Assembly (NCBI GenBank): GCA_965277715.1
Contig: OZ255836.1
Coordinates: 32,001-96,000 of the forward strand
From: Gammaproteobacteria bacterium
Lineage (GTDB): Bacteria > Pseudomonadota > Gammaproteobacteria > JBCCGL01
Length of the DNA stretch: 64,000 nucleotides
Reading direction: 5' to 3'
The notes under the pieces were generated by a model, which saw nothing but the letters and a program-made list of their open reading frames with translations, was not told the origin of the DNA and made no database searches. Both the position numbers and the translations under genes were made by a program. Below, in pieces: positions 20,504 through 30,200 of the stretch (position 1 is the first letter of the stretch; every line of letters begins with the position of its first letter).

Positions 20504-22428
20504 TTAAAATGGGATTACTGCATTATATTGAGTCATGGTATGATTATTGCCTTTATATCTCAAATTGTGCCTCATTAAATAGTAATCTTCTACAATTTGA
20601 CCTTGTTGCTCCAATCCATACTCTCCGAAAGACTTCCCAGGAATCAAGGTATACTCATAGTTTCTATCAAAAATAAAACTCAACAAGCTATATGTCTCAA
20701 TTTGATATTGATACACATGTGTCAATTCATGCATAAACACAGCTTTAGTCACATGATCAGCAGTTGAAAAATCACTCATATATGAGCCGCCTGGATAATA
20801 TATATCTCCACTGGGGGAAACATGAGGACGAGAAGTCGGGATATATGCTCCGTCAATTACTTTTATTCTTTCATAGTTAATTCTTTCCTTAAAGATAGTT
20901 CTTGCTAGTTTCTTTTCTCCTTCAGTCATAGATCTCGACTTTAAAGGCTTTCTCTGCGGCTGATCCCCTCTTTCGTTATACATATAAACAAAAGCCGCCT
21001 GAATAGCCCCCTGCAAAAAATCCCCTCCAGCCGCCTTACTCGCCAAACCACCCAAAATAGATATACCCGCTATATTATCCAGCGCTGTACCTTCTAAATA
21101 ATGCCCTCCAACCTTCGCAACAAACCCACTGGCAAGCCCCGCCTGAAACTCCCCTCCCTGAATTTCACTAATCAATCCCTGAAAAACTCCATGCGCCAAC
21201 GCCTGCGAAAACCACGCATTCTCTCCAGTAAAAATGCCACCATGACCTATTTGATCCGTAACCCTCCACTCACACCACCAATAATCCCTCCCTGAAGCGC
21301 CGCACCAAAATCACCACCGCTGGCGAAATAGCCGTTCACAAACCCCACCAAAGCACCATTGGCTACCGCTGCTCCAGTCGCACCTAACGTCGTTGAGATT
21401 GCCAGGCCCGGTTCTATTATGGTCGTACTGACAACAGTATTTGCCGAAAATACAGGATTGGCTATCAACAACGCACTGGCCACAGCAAAACTCACCGTGC
21501 GAATCGTTGGGTCATCCGTAGTGGACCCGATAACATAAAGCACCGCCGCAACGACAAAGTGCCACCAGTGCCCGGTAGGGTCACTGTACTTCAGCGGATT
21601 CCCCACCACATACATATAGCGGTTATACGCCATCCCCATACCCGGTTCAGGCACCACGCTGTCGGCACTGATAAACCGCCCAATTACCGGATCATACAGA
21701 CGCGCATTCATATTAATTAAGCCAGTTTCCGCTACCGATTCGTGCCCGGTGTAACCACGTAGCTCGTGTCGTTTAAACGCCGGGCTTGGTTTGTTCGCAC
21801 TCAGGTTTTCACCATACGGTGCAAACTGATTGCGCATCACCACATTACCGTGGCTGTCGGTTACCGTATCGACGCTACCCAAGGCGTCACGGTGAATATA
21901 GGCCACCTTATCGGGCGTTTCGGTCGTGCCCACCAGCGTCTTCTCGTAGGTAGCCACGACCTGACCATCAACAAAAATATTGTGTCTGGCACGGTTTATC
22001 ACCTCGCCGTTGGCATCCGTTTCGGTCACAAGCTCCAAACCGGGGGTGATGTAGTAGGTGGTCTGCCCATTAGCCTGACGCGATACGCGGTTTTGTTCGC
22101 TGTCGTAACGGTAATCGACCTGGTGGCCCGACTGGCTGACGCGTGCCACTTTGTTAAAACTGGTCCAGGTGTAACTTCTGCCGTCACCCGACTGCATATT
22201 GCCATTGGCGTCGTAAAGATAGGTATGATTAGCCCCGGTTGGGTCTACCCGACTTTGCAGACGATTGTTGGCCGCGTAACTCATCGAACCCGCGTCGCTC
22301 TTGTGGGTGATGTTGCCTCGGCTATCGTAGCTGTAGCTGCGCGCCAACTGCCGCTGTGGATCGCTATATTGCCAGCTTTGCAGGCGATCCAGGCTATCGT
22401 AGCCGTAGTGCTCACTTACACCTGCCAG
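20504..22428 (-). pseudogene. Orphan Rhs 3' module with a zinc-metallopeptidase toxin tip (CT2)
   Basis: 20973-22428 is a near-identical copy of 27682-29138 with a 1-bp deletion at 21262-21264. The tip has HELTHVYQ..LEQQGQIV. Confidence 0.9.
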
Positions 22429-23390
22429 AGGAGTTCCAGGGACAGGCATCAAATAATTGACAGATAGTCCCATTCTCTTTTAGGATGGGATCCAACCAGC
22501 GTTAAAGGAACTGACCATGACCCGCCCTCGCAAAGATCAAATTTCACTATCAGATACCCCCTACTACCACATCGTATCGCGTTGTGTACGGCGCACCTTT
22601 CTATGCAGGCTAAACCCACTGACTCAACGTGATTATGAACACCCTCGCCAATGGATTGTCGACCGCATTCGACTGCTCTCGTCGCTCTTTGCCGTTGACC
22701 TTTGCGCCTACGCCATTATGAGCAATCACTACCACCTCACCGTTAAACTCAATCCAGAGCAAATCGACGCGTTAACTGATCAGGAAGTTATCGATCGTTG
22801 GTTAAGTCTGCACAAAGGCTCCTTGTTGATTCAAAAAATGTAGGCGGGGGAAACCCTCAGCAACGCTGAATACCAGGCCATTCGATGTGCCATTAAAACC
22901 ACTTCTACATTTCTCCGAAAACATTAACGCCACTTCTACCGGCATCCCGCTAGACTTTACTGAGTATCTAAATTTGGTTGACTGGACAGGAAGCGCTATT
23001 CGACAAGACAAGCGGGGTTACATGGCTCAAGACCTACCGCCAATATTGCAACGACTCAACATTAATAAGGAAAGTTGGATAAACAATACCCAGAACTTTG
23101 AATCACGTTATTGGAAAGCGTTAGCTCACAAGGTAATTACTGCTGATACTGGGTAGCCATTCAGCCGTTTCACTGTTTCAACTCTCTGGATCTTCTCAAT
23201 CGATTCAAATCGGTTGCTTTCGTTTTGCCTGAAAAAATATTTTTCATTAAAACAAGGTTCAATAACTGGATCATTACACCGAATACCCCCCTAAGTAAGT
23301 AAAAAACTCAGGTTTGACTATCCTGGGCGCTATTTCCAATTTCTCGGGATATCCTTGCATATTTCTATATAGTGCCTGTCCTATTTTCCT
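22429..23390 (+). mobile_element. RAYT-like (HUH Y1) transposase element, copy 1; internally deleted, with a premature stop
   Basis: TPYYHIVSRCVRR, AYAIMSNHYH (HUH). IR GGACAGGCA at 22440-22448 and 23373-23381. Confidence 0.8.
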
Positions 23391-23440
23391 CTTGATAAAT
23401 AGTTTGGGAATTTATACGGCCAGAAAGTGGCACATTACAA

Positions 23441-24055
23441 TTATGGATGATCTCTATCTATTTTCTGTTGCCACCCAATGGATAAAGATTTATTCATCTC
23501 ATACCTAGACAGCAGCAGAATTTTAGCCCTTTCATATTTATCACGGTTATACGTAGGAGAATTTAAGTGAGGGGCTCTTCCTATAGTTAATAACGCTATT
23601 ACTTTTTCTACATTTAACTCTCTCAACTCCAAACCATAATAATAACTAGATGCATTGGAAAGACCCCTACCTTCTTCATATGGCAAATAGTAACCATATA
23701 ACGATAAAATTTTATCATCCGATAAGCTGACAAGCATAGCAAGGCGAACAAGCCAAAATTTTATGGGCCAACTGCTAATTTTTTTCTGCTCGCTATTGTA
23801 ATACCTCATCCCTACTACTTTAGCTACATAGGTCTTGACACTGTTAGGTAAAATACCTGCATCCTTATCTGATCTTTCTACCCATATAATTGTTTGCTTT
23901 ATTTCATTCGTTAGCGCTTTCTCGGACTCAGATAAATTCTGATACTCATTTTGAATAAATTCATTAATTCCACTTAGGTATACATAGCATATACAGAATA
24001 TGAGAATTACGAAGCCTACTAAAACAAAAGAAGTTCTTCTGTACACTAGACTCAT
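23441..24055 (-). CDS. Membrane-anchored, degenerate transglycosylase(GT51)-like protein; putative immunity for CT3
   Basis: N-terminal TM helix. SDDKILSLY..GRGLSNASSYYYG..L...IALL..GRAP..NSP resembles the GT51 C-terminal motifs. Confidence 0.6.
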   Translation of the reverse strand: MSLVYRRTSFVLVGFVILIFCICYVYLSGINEFIQNEYQNLSESEKALTNEIKQTIIWVERSDKDAGILPNSVKTYVAKVVGMRYYNSEQKKISSWPIKFWLVRLAMLVSLSDDKILSLYGYYLPYEEGRGLSNASSYYYGLELRELNVEKVIALLTIGRAPHLNSPTYNRDKYERAKILLLSRYEMNKSLSIGWQQKIDRDHP

Positions 24056-24060
24056 TTCAA

Positions 24061-24518
24061 TTACCTAAGTCGTTCATTCACAGCATCTAGTAGTCGACGT
24101 GGTGTCACTATACTGGTGAAAGAAATACTGGATTGTTGGCTAATTCCATTGAATGCTGGAATAGTTTCTATTGCATTTGCAATAGTACATGCACAATACA
24201 GTGGACTACGCTCTCCTAATCTATCAATTGTCGCCAATAAATCTGTCACTTCGGCTGGTGAAATATTCAAATCTCTAATAACAACTGTTGAGCCTGTTCC
24301 ATGATGATAAGTTATATAATCTTGAACACTTACATTATATAAAACGTCTCCAGATCCTCTTGTACCTGTTTGGAAACTTCCACCTGGATCATATAAAAAG
24401 CTCTCTCCATTCTGCTGAATCAATAAAGCTGAATGCGTATCAGCCAAATCCTCATCTAAAACGCTTACTAGCTTTGCAGTACTCTTTTCCGCCTTTTGTG
24501 CAAACGCACGACCCCGAG
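24061..24518 (-). pseudogene. Orphan toxin tip CT3, possibly permuted papain-like
   Basis: Open frame from ~24518: PRGRAFAQK..HSALL..YDPGG..YCA. No ATG start. AT-rich and followed by an immunity-like gene. Confidence 0.55.
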
Positions 24519-24870
24519 GCTACATCATAATTCACATCACAGTTTTTCCGGTTCACTCAATTGCTTACAGCCACTTTCCTCCGACGCTTACCTCCATCTC
24601 CAGTAAAAAATTCCCGACGCGCTTTTTTGCTTAACAACACGCCGCCCAGTGCGCACTTTACTCCTTAGTCATCGGTTCAGGCAAGCGGTTAAATGCCGCG
24701 ACAGACTTTCTTCCTTAGCCGCTGTTTTTGCTTTTCAAGAGGGGGCTGTCAGGGCAAAGCGGGTACGAGCAAGGAGCAACGCGACTGCGAGCCGCTTTGC
24801 CCTGACAGCCGGGTGGGTGGGGACAATACCAACGTGCGAAGCACACCTTATGGAGCAAAGCGACGCGGCC

Positions 24871-24983
24871 ATTTACACATAATGTAAATTATGCGGGCCG
24901 ATAGGCCGAACAGACAGCGCCTTGCGCCGACCAGCGGAGAGTGCAAGGTGATGACTGCGCATAATTCCTACATTATGTTAACC
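24871..24983. other. Inverted pair of dif-like XerC/XerD sites
   Basis: Reverse complement of 24871-24899 = GGCCCGCATAA-TTTACA-TTATGTGTAAAT. 24954-24983 = ACTGCGCATAA-TTCCTACA-TTATGTTAACC. Confidence 0.7.
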
Positions 24984-25260
24984 GCCAGGCTTGATGGCCG
25001 CCTATAGCCCCCTTCGGGGGTTGGGGGGAAGTGAGTGCCATCAGGCGTAGCCTGTTGGCGCGAGCGCACCAACTCGCCCCATAACACGGGCGATAGCCGG
25101 TGTTATTCCTTATTTCTTTCAATGAACCATAACGAAGCCACTACACTACCAGACCGGCACGATGCAGGCGGGCGCGGCGCTTGCCGGGCTTGAGCACCGC
25201 AGGATTATGCGAAGACCTTGCAAGCGCCGTGACGGCCGGTCAGATGGGTATTGTGTCCAA

Positions 25261-25452
25261 CTACGCTTGACTGTCCTCCATCCGTTCGGCATCAAGTGTC
25301 GATAGCAGTTCTTCTTCGGTGGCATCCGGCTCGGTCTCAGCGTCTGTTTTCTGGTGCAAGGTCGGATGCGTCATCTCGTGGATTTGCTTGAGTTTGACTA
25401 TCGACACATGCGTGTATATCTCGGTGGTGCCAATGCTCACATGCCCTAGCAT
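25261..25452 (-). pseudogene. C-terminal fragment of a XerC/D-like tyrosine recombinase
   Basis: MLGHVSIGTTEIYTHVS..LKQIHEMTHP contains LGH and the catalytic Tyr. The 5' part is replaced by the RAYT-like copy. Confidence 0.85.
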
Positions 25453-26450
25453 ATGAACAATCACTACCACCTCACCGTTAAACTCAATCCAGAGCAAATC
25501 GACACGTTAACTGATCAGGAAGTTATCGACCGCTGGTTAAGCCTACACAAAGGCTCCTTGTTGATTCAAAAAATGCAGGCGGGGGAAACCCTCAGCAACG
25601 CTGAATACCAGGCCATTAGTGATATTGTCGCCGCCTGGCGTCAACGGTTGAGTAGCCTAAGCTGGTTTATGAAATGCCTTAATGAACCCATTGCCAGGCG
25701 GGCTAACAAAGAAGATCAATGTACGGGGCATTTCTGGGAAGCCCGGTTTAAGTCACAGGCACTGCGCTCTGATGAAGCTTTATTGGCCAATATGGTGTAT
25801 GTCGACCTCAATCCCGTTCGTGCTGGTATCGCCGATAGCTCCAAGGTGTCCTATTACACCAGCATTCAGGAGCGGATCACTCCCCAATTCGATCTCAGAC
25901 AGGCCATCCAACAACAAATTACCGGTGAAGAGTTACAACAGTTCGATGTGCCAGTAAAACCACTTCTACATTTCTCCGAAAACATTAACGCCACTTCTAC
26001 CGGCATCCCGCTAGACTTTACTGAGTATCTAAATTTGGTTGACTGGACAGGAAGCGCTATTTGACAAGACAAGCGGGGTTACATTGCTCAAGACCTACCG
26101 CCAATATTGCAACGACTCAACATTAATAAGGAAAGTGGGATAAACAATACCCAGAACTTTGAATCACGTTATTGGAAAGCGTTAGCTCACAAGGTAATTA
26201 CTGCTGATACCGGGTAGCCATTCAGCCGTTTCACTGTTTCAACTCTCTGGATCTTCTCAATCGATTCAAATCGGTTGCTTTCGTTTTGCCTGAAAAAATA
26301 TTTTTCATTAAAACAAGGTTCAATAACTGGATCATTACACAGAACTCCCCCTAAGTAAGTAAAAAACTCAGGTTTGACTATCCTGGGCGCTATTTCCAAT
26401 TTCTCGGGATGTCCCTGCATATTTCTATATAGTGCCTGTCCTATTTTCCT
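25453..26450 (+). mobile_element. RAYT-like element, copy 2; 5'-truncated, with a premature stop at 26062
   Basis: NHYH, GHFWEARFKSQ, YVDLNPVRAG. The right end is near-identical to that of copy 1. Confidence 0.8.
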
Positions 26451-26457
26451 TCTTTAT

Positions 26458-26578
26458 GGGGAAGATACACCTATTGCTGTGATTTACCAAACTGCTGTTG
26501 TACAAACCATCTTTTTTTCAACCACATTCTGATCGTAGTAGCATCATGGTTTTATAACGGTAATGTGGCACGCTACAA
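26458..26578. repeat. Module A, copy 2
   Basis: Direct repeat of 19537-19656. Confidence 0.9.
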
Positions 26579-26739
26579 ATGAAACAATTTAGGCTAAGGT
26601 TCATTTGAAATTGGGTGGTGTTACGAGGCATGATAAAAAACAATAAATGCAATGGTTTGTATTTTATCATAGAGTAAGCTTAGCTTGGGTGGTAATTGGA
26701 TATTTCTATATAGTGCCTACCCTATATTTCTTTTTGTTT

Positions 26740-27270
26740 TCACTCACAAGGGTTAGATAGTTGTTCAGGCGCACGAAAATTATTCAAATAGTACTCTATA
26801 TAATTTACCATTTTCTGTTTTTCCATTGCATTTGATATTTTTTGCAAAATTCTTTGTATATTTATTTCACCATCAGTAAAGTTTGTTGACAACTTTATTT
26901 TTTTAAGATCTATTTTATTGTACATCCAAAAAGCAATAATTTCTTCATCATCATTAAGTACTGCGTTAAAAAATGACACCGATTCGTCATAGTTTTTATT
27001 TTCTTTCACGTAGTTACAAGATATTTTTATTAAAAATTTAGAAACTTCTTTATTTCTTTCGTTCGATAAATAACGGTAAAGCAAGTAATCTATTGTTGTC
27101 AAACCTTGTTTTTCTTGATACTCCCAACCAAAAATTTTTTTTATTGTTAATTCAGACATATTTCTCACTATATTTGAATTACTTTCTAAACCATAAATTA
27201 GATACCTTCCTGAATATAAAAATACAACTAAAGTAATTAGCAAAAAAGAGATTTTAAAAACCATTCTCAT
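26740..27270 (-). CDS. Cognate immunity protein of the full-length Rhs (TM-anchored, possibly ankyrin-like)
   Basis: TAATG stop/start overlap with rhs. N-terminal TM helix. FFNAVLNDDEEIIAFWM resembles an ankyrin repeat. Very AT-rich. Confidence 0.7.
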   Translation of the reverse strand: MRMVFKISFLLITLVVFLYSGRYLIYGLESNSNIVRNMSELTIKKIFGWEYQEKQGLTTIDYLLYRYLSNERNKEVSKFLIKISCNYVKENKNYDESVSFFNAVLNDDEEIIAFWMYNKIDLKKIKLSTNFTDGEINIQRILQKISNAMEKQKMVNYIEYYLNNFRAPEQLSNPCE

Positions 27271-30200
27271 TAGTATTTTCCTGAATAGTCTATATCATAA
27301 ACAGATCTATTTCGAAGAGCCACAGTATCCTTTATAGAATCATAAATTAATGGGTTTTGAGAATTAGAACTACTCAACAAAAACCTCCAAACACTAAAGC
27401 CACTTGTAGCAAGATCCATCGACGTACTCGAAACAATATCACGTAAAGATGTTGGGTGAAACCCAGCCGGGCCGACCAAAGAAAATAACCGATCTATGAA
27501 CCCCATATTTCTTGATTTAAGGTATCCTTCATTTAGCAGATACTCCGCATAATCAACATGCTTGTCTGATATTTCTTCAGGAACGTCATCAAAATAAAAC
27601 TTAAACACTTTTTTGGCTTGATCTTTGTCTAAATTAAGTTTTAAAGCATCTTCTGAATCAGTTTTCTTTTGTTCTCCTTTATCGTTATACATATAAACAA
27701 AAGCCGCCTGAATTGCCCCCTGCAAAAAATCCCCTCCAGCCGCCTTACTCGCCAAACCACCCAAAATAGATATACCCGCTATATTATCCAGCGCTGTACC
27801 TTCTAAATAATGCCCCCCAACCTTCGCAACAAACCCACTGGCAAGCCCCGCCTGAAACTCCCCTCCCTGAATTTCACTAATCAATCCCTGAAAAACCCCA
27901 TGCGCCAACGCCTGCGAAAACCACGCATTCTCTCCAGTAAAAATGCCACCATGACCTATTTGATCCGTAACCCCTCCACTCACACCACCAATAATCCCTC
28001 CCTGAAGCGCCGCACCAAAATCACCACCGCTGGCGAAATAGCCGTTCACAAACCCCACCAAAGCACCATTGGCTACCGCTGCTCCAGTCGCACCTAACGT
28101 CGTTGAGATTGCCAGGCCCGGTTCTATTATGGTCGTACTGACAACAGTATTTGCCGAAAATACAGGATTGGCTATCAACAACGCACTGGCCACAGCAAAA
28201 CTCACCGTGCGAATCGTTGGGTCATCCGTAGTGGACCCGATAACATAAAGCACCGCCGCAACGACAAAGTGCCACCAGTGCCCGGTAGGGTCACTGTACT
28301 TCAGCGGATTCCCCACCACATACATATAGCGGTTATACGCCATCCCCATACCCGGTTCAGGCACCACGCTGTCGGCACTGATAAACCGCCCAATTACCGG
28401 ATCATACAGACGCGCATTCATATTAATTAAGCCAGTTTCCGCTACCGATTCGTGCCCGGTGTAACCACGTAGCTCGTGTCGTTTAAACGCCGGGCTTGGT
28501 TTGTTCGCACTCAGGTTTTCACCATACGGTGCAAACTGATTGCGCATCACCACATTACCGTGGCTGTCGGTTACCGTATCGACGCTACCCAAGGCGTCAC
28601 GGTGAATATAGGCCACCTTATCGGGCGTTTCGGTCGTGCCCACCAGCGTCTTCTCGTAGGTAGCCACGACCTGACCATCAACAAAAATATTGTGTCTGGC
28701 ACGGTTTATCACCTCGCCGTTGGCATCCGTTTCGGTCACAAGCTCCAAACCGGGGGTGATGTAGTAGGTGGTCTGCCCATTAGCCTGACGCGATACGCGG
28801 TTTTGTTCGCTGTCGTAACGGTAATCGACCTGGTGGCCCGACTGGCTGACGCGTGCCACTTTGTTAAAACTGGTCCAGGTGTAACTTCTGCCGTCACCCG
28901 ACTGCATATTGCCATTGGCGTCGTAAAGATAGGTATGATTAGCTCCGGTTGGGTCTACCCGACTTTGCAGACGATTGTTGGCCGCGTAACTCATCGAACC
29001 CGCGTCGCTCTTGTGGGTGATGTTGCCTCGGCTATCGTAGCTGTAGCTGCGCGCCAACTGCCGCTGTGGATCGCTATATTGCCAGCTTTGCAGGCGATCC
29101 AGGCTATCGTAGCCGTAGTGCTCACTTACACCTGCCAGCGTATCGTGTCGGCTGGTGACGTTATAACGTTTGTCGTAGCTGTAGCTCAGGTTGCGCAGCA
29201 AATCGTTGCCGATACCAGTTTTGATGCTGTTCAACCACCCGGTGTTACGATCAAACTCGCGCCGAGTCAGCAGGCCATTGCCATACAATTCGCCCTGCAA
29301 ACGGCCCGCCGCATCACGGCTGGTCGACGCCCATAACAATACTGTTTTATCATCCTGAGTATCGTCACCCAATACTGTTTCCAGTTCCTGCGCGGCATTT
29401 CTCAGATCTTCCAACTCTGTGCTAATAGCCGCAAGCATATCGGTTTGACGGCGCGCCATGTCCGCATAAATCGTTGCCAGCGCCATATAGTTACTGGCCA
29501 GTGCACCATATTCATCGGCAACGCCATCAAAATGGGCAAGCTGCGCATTGGAATCGTCGAGTTGTTCAGCTATTGCATCCGCTTCTGACTGCCATTGGCT
29601 GGCCGCTTGCAGATACACTTCTGATACATTAATACGCGATTTTGGCCCCCATACACAGTGGGTAACAGTGATCTCCGCAAAATCCTGACTCTTGCCGAGT
29701 CTGCGAACGTAGCTAGTGCAATTATCGGTATCCTGAATCAGGTTGGCCTCTATCCATTGGTGGAAACTGTTGCGATTCTTGCAATGCCTTTTCCAGTTAC
29801 TATTGGTACACTCGGTATTGCTGTAGAGGTGGTAACCGTTGGTAGTGCGCTGGTATTCGAGGTAATTGCTGCCGAAGGCCTGCCAGGCTACGTCCGCCGT
29901 TGTGCGATAATTGCTGGCGCGATCCTGAGCGTGGCGCAACGCGGCTTCCAGCTCGGCGATACCCGCTTGTATCTGCTGGGTTTCAGTTAAGGTGGTAGCC
30001 TGTTGTGCGTAGAGCTGGTTGGCCAGTGTGCGAAATTTCTCCAGCTGACCTGCATAGTGACCGGCTCGACTTTCATATTCAGTGGCGATGCTTTCCAACC
30101 CGGCTATGCGCTGCAGAATCGCTCTAAAGGCATCTTCAATTTGTAGGTAGTCATAGTCCCAGATAACGCTTTTGGGGATGCTGACCCGCTTGAGATTGCC

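Noticed and set aside
24061-24447. SymE toxin, because the ORF starts MADTHS
   Set aside because: The frame is open further upstream and the rest of the sequence is not SymE-like. It reads as a toxin tip.
24871-24983. The chromosomal dif site
   Set aside because: There are two inverted, imperfect sites (one with an 8-bp spacer, one with an extra base in the XerD arm) inside an accessory island. A single canonical 28-bp site would be expected.
19537-26578. CRISPR array or classical integron attC array
   Set aside because: There is no regular repeat-spacer period and no cas genes. No clear RYYYAAC..GTTRRRY attC boxes were seen, and the recombinase stub is too short to call IntI.
20973-29138. 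Diversity-generating retroelement TR/VR pair
   Set aside because: No reverse transcriptase in the window. The repeat is 1.46 kb with only a few scattered differences.
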